Assembly: GCF_009914755.1 (NCBI RefSeq)
Contig: NC_060925.1
Reading direction: 5' to 3' (one strand)
DNA length: 64,000 bases
DNA from: the human T2T-CHM13v2.0 reference genome, Homo sapiens
The position numbers and the translations under genes were made by a program. The notes under the pieces were generated by a model. The model had not been told where the DNA came from. It searched no databases and saw only the letters and a program-made list of their open reading frames with translations. Of this stretch, positions 1 to 10,516 are shown in pieces. Every line of letters begins with the position of its first letter. The first letter of the stretch is position 1.

Positions 1-450
1 ATGTACACATGGCTGTGTCCTCGGGCACCCGTGTCTGCACATGCTCACATATGTCTTTGTCTGTGCTTTTGCTCAGGTGCTGGAACGTGGGGCCGAGGCG
101 GGGCAGCTTGTGGGGGCTCCTGGGCCTGTGTCTGCTCCACCACCACCGTCAGAGCTCTTCTGAGTCGCCGTGGGGATTTTGTGGTGCCTCCTCCTCTGGG
201 CTCTGATCCGGCTGCCCCAGAACCCAAGCTCAGAGGCCTCGTCCCCAGGCGGGTCCTGACCTCGGCAGGCCAGCCTCGCGTTCCCTCAGCCCCATCACAC
301 CGGCTGACAGGCTGGCATTTCCCTCCCGCCTGGCGTTTCCCCCTGCCGGTCATGTCGACAAGCACCATGGGTTTCCTGACAGACGGAAATATCAATCCTT
401 AGGTACAGGGACAAAGCAGGTTTTAAACTTTAACGAGAGGCTTTAATGGA

Positions 451-642
451 AATAAAACGTAAAATTCCTCTTCAAATGGAGGTGCTTCTGTTTTATCAGA
501 GAAAAAGTACCCTAAATAATAAATCGACGTCGTGTGTCGTGGTTCTCGTACCTGCGTGAATATTTAAAACATGCAAACATGTGGGAGATGCATTTGCTGG
601 GAACAAAAGGAACACACATATTTAACCCCTGAAATAAATAAA
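451..642 (+). promoter_or_regulatory. Cluster of AATAAA hexamers, possible polyadenylation region of an upstream transcript
   Basis: AATAAA at 451, 518, 633 and 637 in an AT-rich island; GT-rich run (cgtgtgtcgtggttctcgt) at 531-549 after the 518 signal. No transcript evidence is available. Confidence 0.3.
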
Positions 643-969
643 TAAGGCGAAGGTGCGCAGCTGGAGACAGGGCATGGAGACAGGGAAGGCAGAGGCCATG
701 TATATTTAACGTGGCAGCTCCACGAGGCTGCGTGTGAGCGGACGTGTGGGCAAACCACCCTGAAGCATCGTGGCGAGGCGGGCAGGGGTGCAGGGTCCCG
801 GCAGGGCAGCCCAGGTGCCCTCTGCCTTACTGTCGGCTGCTTATTTACTGTCTGAAGATTTTAAAAGCCCCAACCACGCTCCTGTCCTGCCTCTCTGTTC
901 CATCACTGCTCATTTCAGGAGCACCTGGACGCCCATTGTTTATTTAGCGCTACTGTGCGTCTTCAGGGC

Positions 970-1325
970 AAGGCATTCATACACGGGTGCCGGAACAAAG
1001 TTCCATGAACCAGGCGGCTGAGAGTCATGGGGATTCCTTCTCCCCCAGTCTGGAGGATGAGGTTTGAAATCCAGTGTCCACGGGTGCTCTGGGAGGGTCC
1101 TCCTTGCCCCTTCCAGCTTCTGCAGGCTCTGGCTTTCCTTGACTCCCGGCCACAGGGCCCCACGCTCTGCATCCTGTCGCACAGCTGTCTTCTCCCTGTG
1201 TGTCACAACCTCATGTTAACGTGACGACATCTGCAAAGATCCTATTTCTGAATAAGGCCCGTTCACAGGTCCTCAGAGTTAGGACCTCAACGTATCTTTT
1301 TGGGGTTACAATTCAATCTACAACA
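970..1325 (-). mobile_element. MLT1B/C-type MaLR solo LTR
   Basis: Ends in ...atctgcaaagatcctatttctgaataagg...aggacctcaacgtatctttttggggttacaattcaatctacaaca, the reverse complement of the MLT1 LTR 5' end. Confidence 0.8.
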
Positions 1326-2113
1326 ATGAACCAAAAGCAGCCTGGGGTCCTCTGAAGGGTGGGGAGCCTGGGCCAAGCAGGACAAAGTGACTACCCAGGG
1401 ACCTTTAGCTGGCCTGAGGGGCTTCCCGGAGAGCCGAGCCGGCAGGCAGGAGAGTGCCCTGAACCTGGGACCCCTTCCTCCAGCCCCCAGCCTCATGTCA
1501 GCGGTGGTGGGAGGGGTCTTAACGCATCTTTTCTATCTCTTTCCACTCTTGGAAACCTGGATCTCAGAGTCCAGGGAGAGAAGTCATGAGATTTTATGAG
1601 ATGTGGGGAAACAATTTTTAGAACTCGCCATGCGTTTCGGCACCTTTGTTATTTTCGTAAAGTGTGGAGATATGGTCTCCTTGCGTTTGGCTCTCCCTAT
1701 TCCTGGCATCTGGTGATCTCTTTGCTCTCCAAGGCAGGCGGACGGAACATGTTTCTGTTCTGAGGACCTTGTCCTCTGTGACATTTGGGGGCAGGCGGGG
1801 GGCGAGAAGGGGGAGCGTGAGCTGAGCCGGTTGATGGCGAGGCCTGCGCTGTGCTCTCATGCCTTCCCCGCTGGTGGCCCTGGGGAGTCACGAGCCTCTG
1901 ATCTCCTTTTCTCATCTGAAAGTGGGTGTCACGCGGCCCCCACCCCACCGGCCTCCACGTGCTGTTAAGGGCAGTGAGCACACCCGTGCGCAAGTCCTTG
2001 GCAAACAGAAGCCATTTTCTGGAATTAATGAGGCCTGTGCCAGGTCCTCTGCAGGGGTTTTCTAGTAACTTTCTAGAAAGGCTTAAGAAGGACATGGTCT
2101 TTTCCAAGGCCTC

Positions 2114-2316
2114 CAAGTTGTCCAACCTGCCTTATTTTGTTGCTGCTGTTCTGTTTTGTTTTGTTTCAGGCTTTTAGCAGCCTGAGGCCATGGTTTTTGG
2201 TCTATGTTGCTAGTGATAAGTGGAAAAGAGGGATGAGGAGAGGGCTTCCCTGGCCCAGCCAGAAACAGGAACTGAGAGCTCCTGGCCGTGTTATCCCCCC
2301 TCGGGGGGAACCTCTG
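2114..2316 (-). mobile_element. hAT-Charlie non-autonomous DNA transposon, MER105-like
   Basis: caagttgtccaacc terminus; internal cttttagcagcctgaggccatgg...tagtgataagtggaaaagagggatgagg...ggcccagccagaaacag matches the consensus as I recall it; about 200 bp. Confidence 0.6.
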
Positions 2317-4044
2317 TAGACCTCTGTGCTGCTGAGAGGAGCATCGTCTCCACCGCCCAACAGGCTATTTCTGCGCGAATGCCGTCTTCTTCATCTTGCT
2401 TGATTGTCACAGTGCCTGCGTGAGACCCCAATGGTCCCCCCATCACGCAGGCGGGGCAGCCTCAGAGAGGCAGAACCAGCGGGAGAGCCGGCTTCCCTGC
2501 AGCTGGGCAGGCCCGTGGCCAGGGACAGCCCTTGCTGTCTCCGGGGTCACCTGGTGCCTGTTTCCCTGCACCGTCTCCTCTGCTTCATTGCCCGGAACCG
2601 TGGAAATCCAGGGCTGCTTTTAACACGGGTTCCTGAGCTCACCTCCTCGGAGCTTTCACACAGGAGCTGCTCAATTATTCACTGCCTCACGGCCCTGGGA
2701 TGAGAGGCAGTGGACCAGGGCCCGGTCAGGAGAGGGCTTTCTGATGCTGGCTTATTAATTTTTAAACTCTGCCACTTTGGTGGCCAGCCTCGAGTTCTGC
2801 CCCTTTGAAGCCACCAGGTAGGTGATGACAAAGTGAGTTTGGTTTTTGAGTCTTTGTTTGTGACCGAGGATGGTTCAGGAGCGTCCTTGGACAGCAGGAG
2901 TCAGGCTCCTGGGTCAGCCAGAGTGGGGATCCATCCAGGCCGGGCGGACAGGGCAGGGAGTGTCCTGCCGGGATGATCACGTGTGTGCCCTGTCCCCTGG
3001 AGGCCAGGCGGGAACAGGCAGAGTAAGGAGTTGTCAGTTCACAGCTGGGGAAACTGAGTCAAGCCCAGACAGAGTTCTCTCCTCCAAGTGGCTTTCTTTA
3101 AAAAGTCCCCTGGGTGTCCGGGAGGGAGGTCTTTGCAGCGGCCCGTCCTGTCCCTGGAGGTCCCTCCCCAGCACCCTTGACCACAGGCCTGACCCTCCCT
3201 CAGGCAGGGAGGCTGCTGTTGTGAGGCCTTTCTACAGCACCGTGAAGTCCCGTGCGCAGACGGAGGCCAAAGCCCTCGGGACGGCGGCGGCACCAGGCCC
3301 AGACCATTCTCATTACGGCCAGCTGGACCCCTGCGAGCCGTGCGAAATCAGAACAGTAACAACATCATTTATTTCAGCAGCACTGGGGAGAAACAGCTTT
3401 ACAACGGTGTTTTACGTGCTACATGTGCACCATAAATATTTCCATAAAAACATGCATTAAAATATAAAAGTGGGCTTCAAAATATCAAAAGTCAGGGAGG
3501 GGAACCCACAGTGAAGGCCACGTTATGGCCGGGCTCAGCCCAGCAGCTGCGGTGGGGGCTTCCCTGTGGGTGGGGGGCGCGGGAGCAGCACCTCTCCCCT
3601 CCGCTCACTGCAGATGGGGGCAGGGAGAGCCGCTGGGGGGCACAGGACCCCTGCCCACCCAGCCTGGGCTCTTCCGAGAGGCTGTGTTCAGTGGCGAGGC
3701 TGTGCCCAGCCCCATGCCCACCCGTGGGGAACCGTGCTCAGGACCTGGGGAGGAGGACCCTGAGCTCCCAGAGCCCACTGGCTGAGGTCCTGTCAGGCTC
3801 ATGGGGCTTCCAGCGGCAGCTCCCCCAGTCCAGTCATCTCCAGCCAAGCCCTAATATCGTGGAGCGCCCATGTGGCAGGGCTCAGGGGTCCCCCAGGCCC
3901 CGTTTGTTTACTCAGGCTCCTGCCTCAGAGCCTGGGGTCCTCACATGAGACAGGACAGTGAGGGACAAGGATGCCTTTGCCCCAGTGTCCTGTGTCCCCG
4001 CCAGGCCCCGCTCCCAGTGCTCCACACACCTGAACTAACAGGCC

Positions 4045-4147
4045 TGCATGGGAGGCAGGCACAGAGACGTCAAGCCGCTTGCCCAGGTCACACAGCCAGG
4101 AAATGAGGCAGTGGAGATTTGAACCTGGGCTGCTGGCTCCAGAGCCC
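4045..4147 (-). mobile_element. MIR SINE fragment
   Basis: gcacagagacgtcaagccgcttgcccaggtcacacagccagga...gatttgaacctggg...ctggctccagagccc, the MIR core in reverse. Confidence 0.7.
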
Positions 4148-4672
4148 TAAGGTCCCTGAGGTCCCTATTTTTGTCAAATGGCCCCCAGGCCCCCAACTCT
4201 CACTCCACCGGGCCCCGCTGGCCTCTCTGACCTCCCCTAAGGCTCCTGGAGCAGACCCGAGACATGCTGCCACCCCTGAGTGTGGCTGGTCGTCTCGGCC
4301 TGGGCTCGGGACTTTGGTAGTTGCATCTGGCTGCTCTGCAGGCTCCGGCAACGGAAACCTGCAGCTCCAGCCCCCACTGCCGCCCCGCTGCTCGCCCCTT
4401 ATTCAGCTCCACGCAGGGGAAGCTGTCTCACTCATGGCAGCCCCCCCAAGCCCCCCACCTCCGAGAGACCCTTGCCTGTTCCCCACCTCTGCCCTGAGCC
4501 GCACTCCCCCACCCCTGCCTTTCCCGTGGATGCGGGGACCCGCATCCCCTCTCCCTTCACAGCTGAGTGACCCACATCCCCTCTCCCCTCGCAGCTGAGT
4601 GACCGGTGTCCCCCGCTCCTTGCACATGTGGAGCTCCCAGCTGCAGCATCTCGGGGGGAGGCATGGGCAGAG

Positions 4673-5385
4673 CCAGCTCTGCAGGAGGGCGGCTGCCTGT
4701 GTCCATCTGTCCATCCAGCTCTGCAGGAGGGCGGCTGCCTCTGTCCATCTGTCCATCCAGCTCTGCAGGAGGGCGGCTGCCTGTGTCCGTCTGTCCATCC
4801 AGCTCTGCAGGAGGGCGGCTGCCTGTGTCCATCTGTCCATCCAGCTCTGCAGGAGGGCGGCTGCCTGTGTCCATCTGTCCATCCAGCTCTGCAGGAGGGC
4901 GGCTGCCTGTGTCCATCTGTCCATCCAGCTCTGCAGGAGGGCGGCTGCCTCCGTCCATCTGTCCATCCAGCTCTGCAGGAGGGCGGCTGCCTCCGTCCAT
5001 CTGTCCATCCAGCTCTGCAGGAGGGCGGCTGCCTCCGTCCATCTGTCCATCCAGCTCTCCAGGAGGGCGGCTGCCTCCGTCCATCTGTCCATCCAGCTCT
5101 GCAGGAGGGCGGCTGCCTCCGTCCATCTGTCCATCCAGCTCTGCAGGAGGGTGGCTGCCTCTGTCCATCTGTCCATCCAGCTCTGCAGGAGGGCGGCTGC
5201 CTCTGTCCATCTGTCCATCCAGCTCTGCAGGAGGGTGGCTGCCTCTGTCCATCTGTCTATCCAGCTCTGCAGGAGGGCAGCTGCCTTTGTCCATCCATCT
5301 GGGCTCTGGGGCCGAGTTGGGCTCCCCTGTCCGTCCATCCAGCTGTGCAGGAGGGCAATTGCCTCTTTCAATCCATCCGTCCATC
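4673..5385. repeat. 42-bp minisatellite (VNTR), 15 copies plus a degenerate copy
   Basis: Unit CCAGCTCTGCAGGAGGGCGGCTGCCTSYGTCCATCTGTCCAT with exact 42-bp period over 4673-5302; degenerate copy near 5339-5385. Confidence 0.97.
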
Positions 5386-5634
5386 TTTGCAGAAGGTTGG
5401 CCGCCCCGTCCGTCTGTCTGGGCTCTGGGGCAGAGCTGGGCGCCCAGGAAGTCGTGGCGCCGAGCCCCCTGGTGGTGAGTGGCTGCCAGCGCGGCCGCCC
5501 ACTCTGTCCTGGGCACCGCTGCCAGCCCAGCTCCGTCCCCGTGTGTCCCTTGGGGTCCGCCTTCCCTGGGGCCCTACAAGCACTGAGACTGGGACTGGGG
5601 ATCTGAGTATGTGGCCCCACCGTGGGGGTCCAGG

Positions 5635-5874
5635 CAGGGTGGCCAGGTTGAGCAACTAAAAATTCAGGAAGTGCAGTTCAATCTGAATTCAGATCAACAA
5701 TCTGAATCAACGAGGTTTTGTTCAAATCAGCGATGGGCCACATGGGTCGGGTCAATGATGTTTGGGTTGAGGCACAGCCCATGAAACACTGAGGACGTAG
5801 TTTCACTAACAGTTTAATCACTGATGTGAAATTCAGAGATAACTGGGCACGTGGTATTTTTTCTGGCACCGCTA
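5635..5874. mobile_element. MER53 palindromic hAT MITE
   Basis: Left arm cagggtggccaggttgagcaactaaaaattcagga...cagttcaatctgaattcagatcaacaa; right arm tgaaattcagagataactgggcacgtggtattttttctggcaccgct. Confidence 0.75.
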
Positions 5875-6039
5875 GCCGTGAATGTGTATGGAAAATAAAG
5901 AGTCTGGAACCGCATGGGAGACTCAGGAGCCAGAGCCCGGGGTGGATTCCATCCCTGAACCTGCAGCCCTGGAGAGGCCTGGGCTCAGCTGCACCCCTCA
6001 GGGCTCAGCCCGAAAGCGACTGGGTCACCACTGTCATCA

Positions 6040-6755
6040 AAAACACCTTTATGGACCTGTAATCCACATACCATACAATTCACCCATCTGAAGTGCACAA
6101 TCCGATGGTTTTCAGTAAATGCACATAAAGGCGCAACCACGACCACAAACAGTATGAGAACATTTTCATCATCTCCAAAAGGAACCCCATACCCTTAAAA
6201 AACCATGAGGGCGAGGCTCTCCCAGCCCTGCCGAGCCCTGGTCACCTCTAGCCCACGGTCTGTCTCTAGGGACCCCGTGAGCCTCCCCCAGCCCTGCCGG
6301 GCCCTGGTTACCTCTAACCCACAGTCTGTCTCTAGGGACCTTGTAAGCCTCCCCCAACCCTGCCCAGGCCCTGGTCACCTCTGGCCCACGGTCTGTCTCT
6401 AGGGACCGTGTGAGCCTCCCCCAGCCCTGCCCAGGCCCTGGTCACCTATGGTCCGTGCTCCATCTCTCAGGACCCCTCGGTCTGCACATTTCAGATACAT
6501 GTCACCATGCGTGGGGCAGCCTATGCCCAACTTCTCTCCCTCCTCCTCACGCTCTTGGTCAGCCCGCATATGCTCGTGTGTGGGTGCCGCTGTCCTTCTC
6601 CTGGCTGACCATGACCCCCTGCATGCGTTCACCACATCTATGGAGCCATTTGTCCACCCAGAGGCATCTGTGACACCTTCACCTTTTGGCGATTGTGAAC
6701 TTGTGCGGCCGCGAATGCGTGCGCCTGGCTTTTCGTGGGCTGCTGTGATTCTCAC
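6040..6755 (-). mobile_element. L1MB-type 3' end fragment, distal part strongly GC-shifted
   Basis: cacataccatacaattcacccatctgaagtgcacaatccgatggttttcagta...gaacattttcatcatctccaaaaggaaccccataccc; later landmarks tctgcacatttcagat, accacat...ccatt, cttttggcgattgtgaa are collinear with the L1MB 3' UTR. Confidence 0.7.
6214..6448. repeat. 66-67-bp tandem repeat, about 3.5 copies, inside the L1MB fragment
   Basis: tctagggacc recurs at 6265, 6331 and 6398. Confidence 0.9.
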
Positions 6756-8109
6756 CCGCCCCTGCTTTGAGCCCTTGCCCCCACCCTGGGCCCCTCCACT
6801 CCCTTCCCCCTTCCCCAGGAAGCCCAGGGGCCTGGGGTGCCTCCTAGTGGGGTTCGCTGCCTGGCCGCGGCTCTGAGTTCTCCTCCCCGGGTGTGCACAG
6901 GGGCCCCAGAGCCAGGGAATCTTCGAGGGGCGCTTTTCTCCGGATTCCCGAGGCCGGGGCGTGCAGGAGTTTACCTGGAACGTGAGCAGCTTTCCAGACG
7001 AGTTCCAGACTCCAGAATGCTCCAGAATGCTCAAGGGGCTTCAGGGCAGGGTTGGTTCTACTCTCCCGGGACCAAATCCCACCTGGGCTCTGTTAACAGT
7101 CTCGGGCAAGGCAACGCTGGGTCCCCAAGTCTTTGAGCAATGGAATGGCAGCTCTTGGGGCCAGGGTGCCACAGAAGGAGCAGGCGTGGGCCAGCTGTCT
7201 CATCATCCAGGTCCTGCTTTGCCCAAGACCCCCAGGACCTTCAGCGACTGCCCCAGGCTGCAGGCGCCGCCTCTGACTCCGATGGTCTGGGCAGATTTGG
7301 AGGCTGCTGACAAAGGCTCCAGGATGAAGTCCTGTGCAAGGCCACTCCACGCTCATGACTGTGGGTCCAGGGCTGGGGTTGGCCGTGCCACACAGGAGGA
7401 TGAGACGGACGGAAGCCACCACGCAGGAACGAACAAGGGATGTCCCACGATGGCGGCCCCTCCCCCAAGCCTCCCACCAGCTGGCTTCGGGCGGCTTTGT
7501 GAGCAGGCACCCAGGGCCAAGACTTGGGGCCAGATGCAGAGAACAGGCCAGGCTTCCCACCCAGGGATGGGCCCGGAGGCTCAGGTTCTCCCCTGGGGTC
7601 AGCGTCATCCTGGGGCATGGCCCCTCCACCTCTCTGTCTTCTCTCTTCTGGGGGTGCGGCGGTCACACGCATGCAGTGGAGAGCACTGGGACCCAATGAG
7701 GCAGGGGAGGGAGCTTCGCCCTCTAGGACATTTTAGGAGGGCCAGCCCCCAGCCCACCTTCACTGCCCTCCACCCTCAGCAGGCAGGCCCCATCCTGAGC
7801 GGTCAAACATCTGCCTGTTCCCTGAGTGGCCGCGGGTGTCCCCACGTCCCCTCTTGGGGCTTATGGGTCACACTTTTCTCTTTCTGCCCACCTCCCACCC
7901 CTGAGTCTCCACACACCACGATGTTTCCATGACCTGACTGCCATGTCCCCTGTCTGAGAGGCCTTTGCAGACACCTCCCAAAAGACAGAAGGAAACACAT
8001 CCTCCATGGGGGCTGGAGCTCTAGTCGCTCCCCACTTGATTGGCTATGGGGGCACTGTTGTTTCAGGCTTTCCTGAAGGCAGCCCAGGCCCCAAGCTGGG
8101 GCCAAGAGC

Positions 8110-8410
8110 AGTGCTGTCAGCAGGAGAACGACCCCTGGGGGACCCCCTGGACCCCTGTTAATGTGTCACCTCACACGGCAAAAAGGACTTCGCAGATGGG
8201 ATGAAGTTAAGGATCTGGGATGGGTGTTATCCTGGCTTGTCCGGGTGGGCCCGATGTGATCACGGGGTCCTCCTCATAGGAGGAGGCAGGGGGTCAGAGC
8301 GGGCAGAGGAGGAGATGGGACAGCGGAAACAGAGGTCAGAGGGATTGGAAGACGCTGTGCTGTCAGCTTTGAGAATGGTGGAGGGGCCAGGTGCCCAGGA
8401 AGGTGGGTAC
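8110..8410 (+). mobile_element. MLT1D-type LTR fragment
   Basis: tgtcacctcacacggcaaaaaggacttcgcagatgggatgaagttaaggatct...ttatcctgg...gggtgggccc...atcacggggtcct...ggaagacgctgtgctg...ctttga. Confidence 0.8.
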
Positions 8411-9772
8411 ACAGGGCAGGACGAGGGTGCTGGGGACTCTTGGCTGCCGTGCTTGGGCCTGGGCCCTCCCTGAGGCTGGGGCTGTCCTGTGTCCAGGGCT
8501 GGACATGCAGAGGCCATAGGCCTGGGGTGCCTGGCTGTTCTGTGGGAACCCTCATGATCTCTTCTCTGGAATGCAGCCCCCCGACCTATGTCAGCCCCCA
8601 GCACCAGCCTGGGTCTGGGTCTGTCCTCTGTCCCCCGAGAGTGGACCTCACCCGGCAGGCTCTCTCCACCCAGATGGAGCCGCTGGCCTGGGGGTCTGGC
8701 TTTAGAAGCAGCCTTGTGGCATGAATGCCAGAACCCGCCCAGCCACGGTTCCTGGGCCGCAGGTGACAGTCCCGGGGCTTGGCCCTGGGGGGTCCCCTCT
8801 GTATGCGGGGTTTGTGTGCACCCTGGAATCCCACAGGGGAGGAGAGGGGCACAGTGCAGGCTGCTCGATGCTGAGTCTGGGGGTCGCCAGCCCTGGCTCT
8901 GTTCTTTATGCCACGGGATGGGGTCCCCTCTGCAATGCCTGCGGTGGGGAGCAGCTTAGCGCATCCCCAGATTCTTCCATCCAGCCAAATGTCTGTATTT
9001 CTAAGGTAAGAAGGATTACATAGGCCCTTCTATTATGATTTTTAAAATATGGAATTCTCCAATGTGCTTTCGTGGGGAGTTTCATGGTGAAACATGCTAT
9101 CAACAGGGTTCTGGGAATACATCTAGATTTTAAATGCTTGGACAGTGTGAGATCTCACACAGGCACATCTCATCTTTTTTTTTTATTGGCAGGGGGTTCA
9201 AGGAGCTAAATTTCCTTCCAATGAAAACACTACCGGCCCCTGCCACCACCCTGCCCTGCCGTGGGTGAGGCTGGCTTCATGGAACCTCATTTCCTGGCAG
9301 AATCCCAAGTGTGGGGTGAGGAATTCCACAGGACTCTCAGCCTGCTGGAGTTCCCAGGCGAGGCGTGCTGACTCGGGGCCAGGCCTGAGCCACTGCTCCC
9401 AGGGGACTCCGGAGGTGGCCAAGGAAGCCGGGCTCGAAGGCCCTTGAAGCTTCCCTGTTGGGTGTGGGAAAGGGGAGCTGCCGATGCCCCCAGGGCCTGC
9501 TTCAGGTTTTTAGGGTCTTGGAGAGGAGGGAATTGATTCTGAGAATTTCAACAGCTGCGGGAGGGCATAAAGTCTGGTCCTCAGATGGTGGGCAGGGCTT
9601 CTGTTTGGGGTATTTTCTCTGCCTGGAAGAGTTAGGTGAAGGGGCTGGCTGGTCCCCGGCATGAGGTGGCCTTGGAGAAGCCCTCCCTTTCAGGGGCAGT
9701 GGGATATCCTGGGGTATGATAGGTGGTGCTTGGCAGGGACCTGGATACCAAGAATACAGGGCTGAGGCCACA

Positions 9773-10516
9773 GCTGAGCTCGGCTGGGCTGTGCTGTGCT
9801 GGGCTGAGCTGGGCTGGGCTGAGCTGGGATGTGCCAAGCTGGGCTGAGCTGTTCTGGGCTGTGATGGGCTGAGCTGGGCTGAGCTAGGCTGGGCTGTGCT
9901 GGGCTGTACTGCACTGAACTAGGCTGTGCTGGGCTGTGCTGGGCTGGGCTGGGCTGGGGTGAGCTGAGCTGTGCTGTTCTGGGCTGAGCTGGGCTGTGCT
10001 AAGCTGGGCTGTGCTGGGCTGGGCTGGGCCGGGCTGTGCTGGGCTGGGCTGTGCTGGGCTGGGCTGTGCTGGGCTGGGCCGAGCTGGGCTGAGCTGGGCT
10101 GGACTGGGCTGTGCTGGGCCGTGTTGAGCCATGCTGAGCCGGGCTGAGCCAGGCTGTGCTGTGCTGAACTGAGCTGAGCTGGGCTGAGCTGAGCTGGGCT
10201 GTGCTGGGCTGAGCTGGGCTGTGCTGTGCTGAGCTGGGCTGAGCTGGGCTGTTCTGGGCTGAACTGGGCTGAGCTGGGCTGGACTGGGCTGACCTGGGCT
10301 GACCTGGGCTGAGCTGGGCTGAGCTGGGCTGGACTGGGCTGTTCTGGGCTCTGCTGGGCTGAGCTGGGCTGGACTGGGCTGAGCTGGGCTGAGCTGGGCT
10401 ATGCTGGTCTGTGCTGGGCTGTGCTGGTCTGTGCTGGGCTGAGCTGGTCTGTGCTGGGCTGAGCTGGGCTGAGCTGGGCTGAGCTGGGCTGTGCTGGTCT
10501 GTGCTGGGCTGAGCTG
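9773..10516 (+). repeat. Pentameric G-rich array (GAGCT/GGGCT/GTGCT) resembling Ig class-switch regions
   Basis: About 745 bp of in-phase pentamers with roughly 30 AGCT palindromes, one GGGGT, and a G-rich plus strand. Confidence 0.95.

Noticed and set aside
4403-5659. Five overlapping ORFs of 290-405 aa
   Set aside because: They result from a stop-free 42-bp VNTR; open on both strands, with no domain or gene structure.
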